From the sequence record MZ501268.1: a stretch of 64,000 bases of DNA; one strand, written 5' to 3'. The notes under the pieces were generated by a model that saw only the letters and a list, made by a program, of their open reading frames with translations, had not been told where the DNA came from and did not search any database. This document shows positions 9,570 to 19,080 of this stretch, piece after piece. Numbering within the stretch: the stretch's first letter is position 1; every line of letters starts with the position of its first letter. Position numbers and translations under genes: made by a program.

Positions 9570-9794
9570 ATGGCTTGGGCCAAACGCCGTGCAAAGAAAC
9601 GCTTCATCCATCTACGTGGTTTTCCTTGTCGTCTTGAGTCACGTAGCATCGTAATCTGGGAACAGCATCGCGAACAACAATCTCATCTTCTTGGGTCCGG
9701 TATCGGACTGTTTATGTTACTCGACCCTGGAACTGGTAACCCAATAGGAGCCGCCCGTGGCCTTAAGCAAAACAAAAATAAAGCGTCGTACTAA
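9570..9794 (+). CDS. Small basic hypothetical protein
   Basis: AAGGA SD; 74 aa with an R/K-rich N-terminus. Confidence 0.55.
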   Translation: MAWAKRRAKKRFIHLRGFPCRLESRSIVIWEQHREQQSHLLGSGIGLFMLLDPGTGNPIGAARGLKQNKNKASY

Positions 9795-10041
9795 CGCTTA
9801 CCATAACTACAAAACACTGGTTGCCGGTATCAGTCGTAAATGTGTTATGTTACAGATTGATATTACCAAGTTAAAAATCCGGCTCAATGCGAGTAAAGCA
9901 ACTCTTAAAGAAGGTGAGTATATCCCTGCCATCAGCGAGAGACAGGGTTTAAAGCGTGAGCTCAGACGCCTGCGTGGTGTTCAGGGTCGTCGACGCATTG
10001 TGAACGCCGGTAAGATCAAAGCGGCAATCAGTCAGTATTAA
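9757..10041 (+). CDS. Small basic coiled-coil hypothetical protein
   Basis: 94 aa, GTG start with upstream AGGAG, ends at a terminator. Confidence 0.6.
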   Translation: MALSKTKIKRRTNAYHNYKTLVAGISRKCVMLQIDITKLKIRLNASKATLKEGEYIPAISERQGLKRELRRLRGVQGRRRIVNAGKIKAAISQY

Positions 10042-10044
10042 TAG

Positions 10045-10072
10045 AAGGGACTTCGGTCCCTTTATTTTTTTT
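10045..10072 (+). terminator. Intrinsic terminator
   Basis: AAGGGAC-TTCG-GTCCCTT followed by a T tract. Confidence 0.85.
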
Positions 10073-10081
10073 GTCAGGGAT

Positions 10082-10576
10082 TTGATCATGCTCAACGTAA
10101 TTCAAGATGTTCCCAGTTCAAAAGTACTGCTACACACGATGCACACGACTCCCTGGATGCGCAGCCTTTATCGTGTCAGTGAAACCCGTGTAGATGCCCT
10201 GAACCTCATTACTAAGTTCCTGACCTCATTACAGGAGTTAGGTTGCTCAAAGGAAACTGAATCATTTAGATGCTGTACAAGAGGGCAGTTGAGCGAACAA
10301 CGAGTAATCCAAGCAATGCGCGCTTGTGCTGAGAAACACATCAGTGAATCATTAGGTACGTTGTCTACACTAGCATCGTATACCCATCGTCAACCCATTG
10401 GTCCTGTGATGGTTACTATTGGCTTAACCGGCATGATAATTACCATTGCCACGGTTTGCGGTGTCTATCAACAGTTCTTACAGTCAGAATGTTTTTATGA
10501 CCTTATGACGTTGTGTGAAGACCTGATCCATCACACCGATGAATTAAATCGCATCTATAAAGTAATGAAAACTTAG
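10082..10576 (+). CDS. Hypothetical protein
   Basis: 164-aa ORF. Confidence 0.6.
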   Translation: MIMLNVIQDVPSSKVLLHTMHTTPWMRSLYRVSETRVDALNLITKFLTSLQELGCSKETESFRCCTRGQLSEQRVIQAMRACAEKHISESLGTLSTLASYTHRQPIGPVMVTIGLTGMIITIATVCGVYQQFLQSECFYDLMTLCEDLIHHTDELNRIYKVMKT

Positions 10577-10581
10577 GCTGC

Positions 10582-10616
10582 AGAAAATCTCAGACCTATA
10601 TTAGTGTCGTGTATAA
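10582..10616 (+). promoter_or_regulatory. Early promoter
   Basis: AGAAAATCTCAGACCTATATTAG...GTGTATA; 20 nt identical to 11190-11209. Confidence 0.75.
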
Positions 10617-10646
10617 GGAAACTTAAATCTAATCACTGAGGTTATC

Positions 10647-11177
10647 ATGAGCGCCAACACCTACTTGATCGAAGCGTTACAACGCACCATTAAAGAACTG
10701 AGCGTCGCCACTCTGAATACTGCCGATAAAACCGTGTTGGCTAATTTGGCAAAGACGGATACTTTCGTTAAGTTGTTTAGTCTGCCAGAAGAACCGAGCA
10801 CACAACTGACAGAACGCCAGTTATCTGAACTGACTAACTATCAGTTTAACACCGTAGCTGTTGCCCGTAAGATTATGGAAGCCTACGGACATTGGGGTGT
10901 CACCACCGATGGTTCCACTTATTCAAAAGCTTGGCATATAAGCGGACACCGCCTTCTTCCACCCCGGGATGTTGTGGTGTTCAGGCTGATTGATAAAGGC
11001 AGTGAGCTCCGTTCAACTGAAACTCACCTAGCCATTTTCAAACTGGTTAATCAAGATACCAAGGAAGTCTACACAGTGAACTTTGAAGTTGCGGACACCC
11101 TAACCGGTAGCGATCTGTTTGACATTATTAAAAGCATGTTACCAAAGCAGTTTGATATTACAGTTAAATCTATGTAA
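10647..11177 (+). CDS. Early hypothetical protein
   Basis: 176 aa, GAGG SD, downstream of an early promoter. Confidence 0.75.
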   Translation: MSANTYLIEALQRTIKELSVATLNTADKTVLANLAKTDTFVKLFSLPEEPSTQLTERQLSELTNYQFNTVAVARKIMEAYGHWGVTTDGSTYSKAWHISGHRLLPPRDVVVFRLIDKGSELRSTETHLAIFKLVNQDTKEVYTVNFEVADTLTGSDLFDIIKSMLPKQFDITVKSM

Positions 11178-11189
11178 AAAGTTGAATGT

Positions 11190-11223
11190 AGAAAATCTCA
11201 GACCTATATGACCTAGGTGATAA
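11190..11223 (+). promoter_or_regulatory. Early promoter
   Basis: AGAAAATCTCAGACCTATATGAC...GTGATA. Confidence 0.75.
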
Positions 11224-11268
11224 AGAGTAGTAAATACTCTTACCCTCATTCTACTTAGGAGTTTACTC

Positions 11269-11565
11269 ATGAGCACTGTCTTCGAATACCGCAACATTAT
11301 TAAAGATGCTCGTGCTAAAATTGCTGAGCTTGAAGAAAAAATCGTGAAGCTTCGTAAAAAGCAAACGCGAGTGGATAATAAATACGGTAGTTGTAAGAGC
11401 TTTACTGAACTTTCTGCAAACCTGCAAAAGTCTATCCAGTTTGACAAAGCGATCGCTAAGATAAAAACTGAAATCGATGAAACTGATAACTTAGTTTATC
11501 GTACTGATAAACTACTAACCGCTGCGTACAATGTGTCTGATGATTGGCACCCAGTAGGCTGGTGA
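11269..11565 (+). CDS. Early coiled-coil hypothetical protein
   Basis: 98 aa, AGGAG SD. Confidence 0.75.
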   Translation: MSTVFEYRNIIKDARAKIAELEEKIVKLRKKQTRVDNKYGSCKSFTELSANLQKSIQFDKAIAKIKTEIDETDNLVYRTDKLLTAAYNVSDDWHPVGW

Positions 11566-11575
11566 GGAAAGATTC

Positions 11576-11632
11576 ATGAGCAAAGAAAAGGTAATTATTA
11601 TTGAAATTAGCACTAAACTCGCCACCCTGTAA
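11576..11632 (+). CDS. 18-aa micro-ORF MSKEKVIIIEISTKLATL (not in ORF track)
   Basis: GAGG SD at 11564-11567, ATG at 11576, TAA at 11630-11632; fills the gap between early genes. Confidence 0.35.
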   Translation: MSKEKVIIIEISTKLATL

Positions 11633-11677
11633 TACAACACGCATCAATTTAATTTAACCTATTGTAAGATCACCATC

Positions 11678-11968
11678 ATGACTATGACTTATACTGAACA
11701 GTTCCAGGCACTCGAAACTGTCAATGCAATGCAGGAAAAAGCAAAAGAACTCCAGGTTGAAACTAAAGCACATTTCGATGCATTAGAAACCATGGCCAAA
11801 GAATTGAACATGATCACTGATCCTGTGAAGTTCAACAAAGCGTATGCCGTTTACTGCACTCGTCTTGAAGAAGCAGACATCAGTGCTGACGCCACCCGCC
11901 TGGCTTATGCCATGGCTGAAGTTGCATTAGCCGGCGTCGTCGGCAGTGCCAATCAAACCTTCCATTAA
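11678..11968 (+). CDS. Early helical hypothetical protein
   Basis: 96-aa ORF in the early cluster. Confidence 0.7.
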   Translation: MTMTYTEQFQALETVNAMQEKAKELQVETKAHFDALETMAKELNMITDPVKFNKAYAVYCTRLEEADISADATRLAYAMAEVALAGVVGSANQTFH

Positions 11969-12002
11969 CAGTTTAGTACCCATCGCCACTTAGGAGAATC
12001 CC

Positions 12003-12155
12003 ATGAGCGAATTTATCATCAACATCGGTTACATCGCTCTCACAGTTTCTGTAGTGGCGATGATTATCAAAACTGTACGTAAAGACAATGCTGAGATGAA
12101 AGCCCTAGAAGCTGAGATCACTGCATTAGAAAAAATGGTTGCCAACATTAAATAA
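12003..12155 (+). CDS. 50-aa membrane-anchored coiled-coil protein (not in ORF track)
   Basis: AGGAG SD; MSEFIINIGYIALTVSVVAMIIKTVRKDNAEMKALEAEITALEKMVANIK. Confidence 0.7.
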   Translation: MSEFIINIGYIALTVSVVAMIIKTVRKDNAEMKALEAEITALEKMVANIK

Positions 12156-12182
12156 CTTAACCTTTTGTAAGGATTACTGATT

Positions 12183-12635
12183 ATGTCAAATTCAATGTTC
12201 ATCTGTCTGTCTCTGCTCGCCCTGTTCACTGCTGTTGGGATTGTTGCCTTTATGAAGAGCCTGTCCCCACGCCACGCATTCATGACTGCTTTCGCTTATA
12301 TGCGGGAGCAGTTAGAAGGCAAAGAGTTCTCCTACGAGAACCGTGCCATGATGCTGTGTCTGAACAACATGCGTCATCAAGTTACCTTAACTACCGGTAA
12401 TGCGTTTGAGCGTGCAAAGCAGAAACAAGCATGGTTAGTTAAAGAAGCGGTAGAGTTAGAGCTGACCCCACGTCAACAACTGGCACTGCTGAACTCACTG
12501 TTAGACATTAACACGAATGTACATCAGGCAAAGAAAATCACCAAAGTACGTTCTGTGAAAGAGATTGTTGAACTCGCCGTACAGTACGCTGCAGATAACC
12601 GTAAGGTAGAAGCACCACTGGCGTTGTTCCGTTAA
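12183..12635 (+). CDS. Early membrane-anchored hypothetical protein
   Basis: N-terminal hydrophobic helix; AAGGA SD. Confidence 0.75.
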   Translation: MSNSMFICLSLLALFTAVGIVAFMKSLSPRHAFMTAFAYMREQLEGKEFSYENRAMMLCLNNMRHQVTLTTGNAFERAKQKQAWLVKEAVELELTPRQQLALLNSLLDINTNVHQAKKITKVRSVKEIVELAVQYAADNRKVEAPLALFR

Positions 12636-12670
12636 TGTAAGCTGTAGTGTTATTGGTCAGGTCATGACCG

Positions 12671-12701
12671 GAGCTCACCTTTGTGGTGGGCTCTTTTTTT
12701 T
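12671..12701 (+). terminator. Intrinsic terminator
   Basis: GAGCTCACC-TTTGT-GGTGGGCTC followed by a T tract. Confidence 0.85.
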
Positions 12702-12759
12702 GTCTTCTTTTTTTTTGTTCAGGGATTATATGTAGTCCATGTACACCTAAGAGGACATT

Positions 12760-13164
12760 ATGGCAGAGCGTGTAGTTCCAACCATGTCCGCAGTCGGATA
12801 CGTCACCGGAGTGACTGAAACCATTGACCGTATGTTTGCCTATTGGCTAACGGCACAATACTCCCAGACGTATCTGGCCCGTGGCAACATCCACTCGCTT
12901 CAATATCTTATTCAGAAATACGACGGTAACCCAGAGCGCCTGTGTGAGGCAGTCAACAAAGATTTAAAAGCCTACTTCACCGGGATCTTCGATGCAGTCA
13001 ATGTGACCTGTAATCCTCGTTATGCCACTACTGAGCGTAATGAGAAGTTCTACATGTTAGAGATTGATATCAAGGTCTCTAACGGAAGCATTGGTTATAA
13101 CGTGGGTCGTCGTCTGTTGGAGATTGAAGACGGTATTTTTAAACGTATTGTAGGTAGCTTGTAA
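12760..13164 (+). CDS. Hypothetical protein at start of the conserved core block
   Basis: 134 aa, GAGG SD, first gene of a translationally coupled run. Confidence 0.75.
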   Translation: MAERVVPTMSAVGYVTGVTETIDRMFAYWLTAQYSQTYLARGNIHSLQYLIQKYDGNPERLCEAVNKDLKAYFTGIFDAVNVTCNPRYATTERNEKFYMLEIDIKVSNGSIGYNVGRRLLEIEDGIFKRIVGSL

Positions 13165-13766
13165 TGGCACAAACACAACACGATAAAATGATGCACAAGC
13201 GTGCAGGGTCTATTGAACAACGTTTAGCGGATGCGGCTAAACATGAACGTAATCCCCAGATCCAGGAAGCAGAGTTCACCCGTGTGTTCCTGCCGATGTT
13301 TGTGGGTGGCGGTGAATACATTAACCAAGATGCCTGGGTAGCTATTGCGGGTTCGGTTAATAATGAAGTGGATGTGTTCCGCGGTCATGAGTATCTCTAC
13401 ACCCTTCCTTCATTAGCCATTCCTATTCGTTCGGATATCTCTACACGCCGTCGTGAAGGGATGATGGGTGATAACTGGATGGGTACTGGCCTTAATGCTG
13501 CTGACGAACCAGGCTCCGTAGACAGCATCATGGACATCGATGCAAAAGGTAAGAACGTTCATGTGGCGGTAAGCCCTGAGTCTCACCTGAAGCGCTGGAA
13601 CGAGGTATTTGAGCGTTATGGGATCGATTACCTGGTGGTGCGTGCAGAGCTCCACGAAAGGAAGACTGGAGAGAAAGTTAATCCTGACATTATCAGTAAA
13701 TCAGATAAGGCACTAACTGGTAAACAGGTTGAACTCGATGACAACGGTGAGTACGAAGAGTACTAA
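13164..13766 (+). CDS. Hypothetical protein (core block)
   Basis: 200 aa, TAATG overlap with the upstream gene. Confidence 0.75.
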   Translation: MAQTQHDKMMHKRAGSIEQRLADAAKHERNPQIQEAEFTRVFLPMFVGGGEYINQDAWVAIAGSVNNEVDVFRGHEYLYTLPSLAIPIRSDISTRRREGMMGDNWMGTGLNAADEPGSVDSIMDIDAKGKNVHVAVSPESHLKRWNEVFERYGIDYLVVRAELHERKTGEKVNPDIISKSDKALTGKQVELDDNGEYEEY

Positions 13767-14883
13767 GAAACCCGGTGAAATACGGATCATTCAGACAGGG
13801 GATATCCACCTCTGTCAGAAGCGCACTCCCACAGCGAATATCATCCGTACACTGAACTATATTTTTTATGAAAAAGAAAATCTGGCTGAGGTTGACCTGG
13901 TCATTATTGCAGGGGATGTGTGGGATACTCTGGTAACAATGCCAAATGATGATGCCTTATTGGGTCGTCAATGGATCCGTCGCTTCGTGCAGGATTGTGA
14001 ACGTCATGGTGTTATTCTGGATGTGCTGGAAGGTACACCGGATCACGATTGGGAACAATCCTCAGAGTTCGTGGCTTTCGAAACGGGGTGTGATGTAAGA
14101 CACATCAAAACCTTGCAAATCGTCCGTCACGAGTCTTTGGATTTAAATATCCTTTATGTGCCCGATGAATGGCGACCGACCATTGAAGCCATCTGGGAAG
14201 ACGTCTGTGTGGCAATGGCAGAGTCAGGTCTGGATCGTGTTGACTTGGCGGTGGTGCACGGGGGATTTGATTTCAACTTTCCGCCAGAGTACAACATCAA
14301 AGGCCATAGCGCTGAGCGATTCAGTGGGATTGTCAAACATGCGGTGTTTGCTAACCACATCCATAAAGCCCAGAGCTATCTGAAGGTTCACGGTCCAGGC
14401 TCACCTGATCGCCTTGCACAAGGTGAAGAAGGAGATAAAGGATATCACCGTGTGGTTATTGATCAGAAAACCGAACAGATCCGTATCCAATGGATTAAGA
14501 ACCCCCATGCTTGGACACACATGGCGATTAACGTCGCCGGTATGTCTGTAGAAGAAATCGTTGCCAAGGTCAAAGCACTTGCAGCACCACTAAGAGCCGG
14601 CAGTTATCTGCGTTTAGATAACGGTGATCCCTTAGTAGTGAAAGCAGTATTGATTGCGCTGCGCATGGATGTTAAGCACGTTATCCTGGAATACAAAAAT
14701 AAGAAGCAGGCGGGGATTACCCAAACCCATCAGACTTATTCCAAGAAGTTCAGTGGAACGCACATCAACCGCAACAATGCTGCGGACTCCGTTGTGGGTT
14801 GGTTACAAGGCAAAGGTCTGGCGGATGCTTCTCAAGCGCAATTCTTAGGAGACACCTTAAAGCGTGCCATGGCGTTGAAATAA
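13729..14883 (+). CDS. sbcD: SbcD/Mre11-like metallophosphoesterase nuclease
   Basis: GDIH, GDVWD, GTPDHD and NHIH calcineurin-like motifs. Start codon uncertain. Confidence 0.85.
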   Translation: MNSMTTVSTKSTKKPGEIRIIQTGDIHLCQKRTPTANIIRTLNYIFYEKENLAEVDLVIIAGDVWDTLVTMPNDDALLGRQWIRRFVQDCERHGVILDVLEGTPDHDWEQSSEFVAFETGCDVRHIKTLQIVRHESLDLNILYVPDEWRPTIEAIWEDVCVAMAESGLDRVDLAVVHGGFDFNFPPEYNIKGHSAERFSGIVKHAVFANHIHKAQSYLKVHGPGSPDRLAQGEEGDKGYHRVVIDQKTEQIRIQWIKNPHAWTHMAINVAGMSVEEIVAKVKALAAPLRAGSYLRLDNGDPLVVKAVLIALRMDVKHVILEYKNKKQAGITQTHQTYSKKFSGTHINRNNAADSVVGWLQGKGLADASQAQFLGDTLKRAMALK

Positions 14884-14893
14884 AGAGGCTGTT

Positions 14894-15706
14894 ATGGCGG
14901 ACAGAACGATTGGCCTATTCCCCATGTCAGTGGGGACATCTCTGGCCTTTGAGGCATTATTAGCAAGACCTGTTAAACCAAATGATGCACCGATTGAAAC
15001 ATTGGTGTTAAATGTAGGGACGGTCTTTCGTAATGCCTATCAGGCTTATGATACAGAAGATCGGGATCGGTTAGGGATTGATAAGTTGCATGACGATGTT
15101 ATTGCGGATATGTCCGCTGTGTATGACATCCTCAAAGATCTCAATAAAACCGGTGCACCTGACTATAAACTGTATCACGGTAAATATGAGCGCATGGTTT
15201 CAAGCTTCCCATTGGGAAAGATCTGGGAGCCAACCTCAGAGATTCAAAAACGATATGCCTTGCTTGAACGCAATGTTATCGAAAAGGTTATTCGCACCAT
15301 GCGGGGGTTAGTGCAAGTTGTTGATCACACACTCCCTACATCGGTGAAGAATACCTATGTAATGACACACCACATCGTAGACCTGGTTGTGCCGTCTGGT
15401 TACGGGGATATTACTTTGGTGGAGTCCCATACCGGGGCATTAAAGCAGAAGTCGTTATGGTATACCAAACTCACAAATGGGAAGACGTTAACCCGTATCC
15501 CGTTTAATCGCATGACCTTGCAGGTGTTCGGGGATAACTCGGTTAACTTCAAAGCCAACAGCTTTAAATACAAAGCGGCACTGATGAAGTTGGCAGAGGA
15601 AAACAAATGGACACCAATGACGTCTCACGATCGTATTAAACTTGGCATTGAAAGTTTGAAAGACGCACAGCTGAAAGCGGACTTGTCAAAAATGCTCAGT
15701 GTATAA
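14894..15706 (+). CDS. Conserved phiKZ gp66-like protein, possibly nuclease-fold
   Basis: 270 aa, between the SbcD-like and ChmC-like genes. Function is inferred only weakly. Confidence 0.7.
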   Translation: MADRTIGLFPMSVGTSLAFEALLARPVKPNDAPIETLVLNVGTVFRNAYQAYDTEDRDRLGIDKLHDDVIADMSAVYDILKDLNKTGAPDYKLYHGKYERMVSSFPLGKIWEPTSEIQKRYALLERNVIEKVIRTMRGLVQVVDHTLPTSVKNTYVMTHHIVDLVVPSGYGDITLVESHTGALKQKSLWYTKLTNGKTLTRIPFNRMTLQVFGDNSVNFKANSFKYKAALMKLAEENKWTPMTSHDRIKLGIESLKDAQLKADLSKMLSV

Positions 15707-15771
15707 TCAAACATAACTGCCTTTAATCTATAGAGCAGTATAACCAAATCGTCCTAGAAAGGAGCAACACA

Positions 15772-16542
15772 ATGGCTGGTCCACAGCGTCAATTTAAAGC
15801 TCGTGAGAAATCATACCTGAGCGAGTATTCCATGAACCTCCAAGGTCCGGTACAGCAAGGTGCTCAGTTCCCTGCTGAATTCCGTATGGCCTTTGCAGCC
15901 AATAAAGTGGCCATCCAGGTTGAAACCAAAAACCGCGATAACAAAAACAACGGTCGCTTTGAAATCGTTGTTCCTTATCTGGGCGCAATCGGTGTTCTGA
16001 ACACGATCGACAAACTGCTTAAGGACAAGAGCCGTAGCAAACTGCAGTATAAAGTGAAAGACTTCGTTTACTTCGGTAAAGGTAACAAGTCTGACAGCCC
16101 AATGATCAAAGGCACTCTGACTGTGGGTCGTGATAACGACGGTTGTCTGTACATCGGCATGTCCGGTAAAGACATCACCCCAATCAAGTTCGTGTTCGCC
16201 CTGCCGGCGCATGATGAACTGTGTGACGATCAAGGCCAGCGTCTGCCTGATTCTGAGCACTCTGAATTTGCAGCGAAGAACTTCGTTGTAGGTTACCTGG
16301 GTCTGCTGCCTGTAATCATGGGTATCCACTATACTCCACCTGAGCCTAAGAACCCAGAAGGCGGTAATGGTGGCGGTGGTGGCAACGGTGGTGGCTGGGG
16401 CGGTAACAACGGTGGTGGAAACCGTGGCGGTAATGGCGGGGGAAACAACCAAAGCCAAGGAAACAATCAGGGCGGCGGGAACGGCTCTGGTTCTGGTAGT
16501 TCCAGCGGCGGTAATAACTTCGACGATGATCTTCCGTTTTAA
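15772..16542 (+). CDS. chmC: ChmC-like nucleus-associated nucleic-acid-binding protein with G/N-rich tail
   Basis: Syntenic position just before the gp68-like gene; globular domain plus a Gly/Asn low-complexity tail ending NNFDDDLPF. Confidence 0.65.
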   Translation: MAGPQRQFKAREKSYLSEYSMNLQGPVQQGAQFPAEFRMAFAANKVAIQVETKNRDNKNNGRFEIVVPYLGAIGVLNTIDKLLKDKSRSKLQYKVKDFVYFGKGNKSDSPMIKGTLTVGRDNDGCLYIGMSGKDITPIKFVFALPAHDELCDDQGQRLPDSEHSEFAAKNFVVGYLGLLPVIMGIHYTPPEPKNPEGGNGGGGGNGGGWGGNNGGGNRGGNGGGNNQSQGNNQGGGNGSGSGSSSGGNNFDDDLPF

Positions 16543-16570
16543 CGGCGGGGACGATGAATTCACCGTAAGT

Positions 16571-16624
16571 CATTGCGTTGATTCATCCGCAATGGAGGAG
16601 GGTTCTCACCCTCCTCTTGTGCCG
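16571..16624 (+). terminator. Twin hairpins followed by TTGTGCCG
   Basis: CATTGCG..CGCAATG (16571-16594) abutting GAGGAGGG..CCCTCCTC (16595-16616). Confidence 0.65.
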
Positions 16625-16699
16625 TCCAAGGATTGGAATTTAGACCATGCTTACTCTAAAGGGTATGGGCGATTCAAACGCCGTCATTTCAGGAAGAAT

Positions 16700-16942
16700 G
16701 TGCGCAAGCGACCAGTGCGTCAGTGTAAGAATAAAAGTAAGTTGGTAAAGGTAGCCCAGAGTAAGTTGGGTTATGCACTTATGACAGGCAGGGTAGTAAG
16801 GCAGGATGTGTGTGATGAGTGTGAGGCGGATGATCGTATCGAGCCACTGCAAGTCAACTATGCTAAGCCTTATATACTGCTGTGGCTTTGTCCACGTTGT
16901 CATGCTGACTGGTATCTTACAAATGAGCCAGAGTACACCTGA
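16700..16942 (+). pseudogene. Degenerate HNH-like Zn-finger protein (may still be expressed)
   Basis: CDEC...EPLQVNYAKPYILLWLCPRCH resembles the phage HNH pattern CxxC..EAHHxDYxKPLxVxWLCxxCH but lacks the HH. A GTG start at 16700 with AGGA SD is my choice. Confidence 0.5.
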
Positions 16943-16959
16943 GGGCTCAGGCCCTCTTT

Positions 16960-17358
16960 ATGGCGATGAGAGGTAATATGTACGCTGAACCTGTGCACGT
17001 CGGGTATGCATTAATTACACGCCCTTGTGATGATGAGAAGGTAATCCTCACTCCGGTCGACTCGTTAGTCACCGCTGTCAGGCAACAGAAATACCGTGAC
17101 TTGATCGTTGGGTTGGTTGTTTCACCCGGAGCTAGTGATAATGTGATTGATGTTAATATGCATTTCTTAGGCCGGTCAATGACAGCCGGTGTTGAAGATC
17201 AGGTATTGTTGCTTTCCTCATTCGAACCTGTTGATAATGAATGGATTGTTCATCATGTCACAGGTAGTATGATAGACACTTTTGATGCAGCAGCACACAC
17301 CTACATCAAAAGCAAACTATCCGAATGGACAAGGCAGCTGAGTTTTGAAGAAGCATGA
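16960..17358 (+). CDS. Hypothetical protein
   Basis: 132-aa ORF; likely start is ATG 16978 after GAGG. Confidence 0.65.
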   Translation: MAMRGNMYAEPVHVGYALITRPCDDEKVILTPVDSLVTAVRQQKYRDLIVGLVVSPGASDNVIDVNMHFLGRSMTAGVEDQVLLLSSFEPVDNEWIVHHVTGSMIDTFDAAAHTYIKSKLSEWTRQLSFEEA

Positions 17359-17368
17359 ATCTGGGACT

Positions 17369-17404
17369 GCTGGAGCGGGTAATACCACTCCAGCCCTTAT
17401 GCCG
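17369..17404 (+). terminator. Hairpin followed by TTATGCCG
   Basis: GCTGGAG..CTCCAGC, then CCTTATGCCG. Confidence 0.7.
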
Positions 17405-17464
17405 CCTGTAAGATCGTACATTAATCTACTATCTATTAGGGAACAAAATATTTGAAATAATTAT

Positions 17465-17490
17465 AAACCTACATTATCAATGTGTAATTG
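17465..17490 (+). promoter_or_regulatory. Promoter variant AAACCTACATTATC
   Basis: 14-mer identical to 39913-39926, in an AT-rich intergenic gap. Confidence 0.55.
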
Positions 17491-17535
17491 CAGTATGTGA
17501 TTTAACCAACGTGTATTTGTCAGGAGCAGCCAACA

Positions 17536-19080
17536 ATGATGTTTAACTATACCGTGAAAGCCACCTCTGAAAAGGTCTGGCTAAACACAATCCTGGTCGT
17601 CAGTCGTCATGGCGAAGAAATTGTGTTTAACGAAAACAACTTTTTCAAGTCAGAGGAGAAGGACCATAAAGGAACCTTCGATGAGCTGAATGCTTACCTG
17701 GCCCGTTGCTTGAGTCCTGAGCAGCGTGACCGCATGTTTGAGATGTACAAGCAGATCAGCTATGTACTGAAGACAGAAATGTCGGTGCCCAAAGTTCTGT
17801 TACCGAAGCTGCAGCCTTTGGTAAAAAGCATTTACGATCTGGTGAGCTTAAGTGATCTGAACGTGTTCATGTTTGAGAACCGTCTGACACATATCCCAAA
17901 CAGCATCCCCGATACCATCCCGTCATCGAAAGAATACCCAACGATGACCACTTACGTGAAACCGGATTACATCAAGCTGGTTAACCTGTCAGTGTTACTG
18001 CACCTGATGGCGCCGATCATTGCGGACTATGTCAGCAAGGTCAGTGAGTCGACCGGCAAGCAGTTTAAAGAACATGCAGCATTACCTTTATTAGAGCACA
18101 CGAATATCATGTACTCTGATGAGATGACGAAGCTGCGTAACTTTGTTACTGCTAACTGCAGCAAAAAACCAGTGCCATTGTCGGCAACCTTAGAAGGGAT
18201 GTCTGAAGAGTCATTCCCGGATTGGATGCTGGCATCAGTGATTGCCCGTAAGCTTTGTATCAACCATGTACGTCGTGGTGATGAGAACGGTCATCTGGTA
18301 GCCGCGGTGTATGCGTACATCAACTACAACATCAAACTGGATGGGAAGTTTGGTGGCGGTGTCATGCCAAAGAAAGAACGACGGGGTCTGGGTGAAGATG
18401 AACGCGAGAAAGCGGTTATCGACAACTGGAAGATGAAAGAAGATATTGACAAGACGGATATTCTGGCCTGTGCAGTAGGTTACGATGATCCGGTATCAGC
18501 AGCATTGGTGATTGAGCCTGAGATTGATCCGAACTTGGTGGTGCGTTGTTTAAACGCGATTCCTCAAGCCTGGAACTTTAGCATGACTCGACATCAGTCA
18601 ACATTGATTCAGTGGGTGACTGGTGAAATACTTCCGCATCTGCAGGATACGTATACACCACCGTTGGCGACTGAGTATTACGACTACGATGTGTGTACCA
18701 AGTTGGTTGCGGTAACACAAGCGATCCTCTGGCATCGTGGTTATGCAAAGCTTGCTGCATTTGCAGGCACGTATCCGTCTGAAGTTGATCCAGGTGGAAT
18801 GCCAAATGCAATCATGCCGTTAGAGCTTAAGGTGATGGCTGAGCTCGAAGGGTATTACAGTAACATTCGTCTGGGTAAACGCCAAGATACCAGCGACGGC
18901 CTGGTACACAAAACCATCAACAGTTTCGTTACGTCATTGTTGGAAGACGATTATCAGGTCATTGGTCCTGATGATTTGTTAGCAGAATCCGGGGTAGTCG
19001 ATTTCGAACGTCGAATCGTTATTCCTGAAAGCCTATATTACGATATTGCTGGCTACATCCGTTTCGTTGCCACTCGTTAA
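17536..19080 (+). CDS. nvRNAP promoter-specificity subunit (phiKZ gp68-like)
   Basis: 514 aa; syntenic position between the ChmC-like and PicA-like genes. Confidence 0.65.
   Translation: MMFNYTVKATSEKVWLNTILVVSRHGEEIVFNENNFFKSEEKDHKGTFDELNAYLARCLSPEQRDRMFEMYKQISYVLKTEMSVPKVLLPKLQPLVKSIYDLVSLSDLNVFMFENRLTHIPNSIPDTIPSSKEYPTMTTYVKPDYIKLVNLSVLLHLMAPIIADYVSKVSESTGKQFKEHAALPLLEHTNIMYSDEMTKLRNFVTANCSKKPVPLSATLEGMSEESFPDWMLASVIARKLCINHVRRGDENGHLVAAVYAYINYNIKLDGKFGGGVMPKKERRGLGEDEREKAVIDNWKMKEDIDKTDILACAVGYDDPVSAALVIEPEIDPNLVVRCLNAIPQAWNFSMTRHQSTLIQWVTGEILPHLQDTYTPPLATEYYDYDVCTKLVAVTQAILWHRGYAKLAAFAGTYPSEVDPGGMPNAIMPLELKVMAELEGYYSNIRLGKRQDTSDGLVHKTINSFVTSLLEDDYQVIGPDDLLAESGVVDFERRIVIPESLYYDIAGYIRFVATR

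Noticed and set aside
12760-13164. gp25-like baseplate wedge assignment
   Set aside because: Only a vague size and secondary-structure resemblance with no diagnostic motif.
16367-16699. N-terminal part of the 191-aa ORF 16367-16942
   Set aside because: It is an out-of-frame read of the ChmC-like Gly tail and crosses a terminator; only the HNH-like 3' part was kept.
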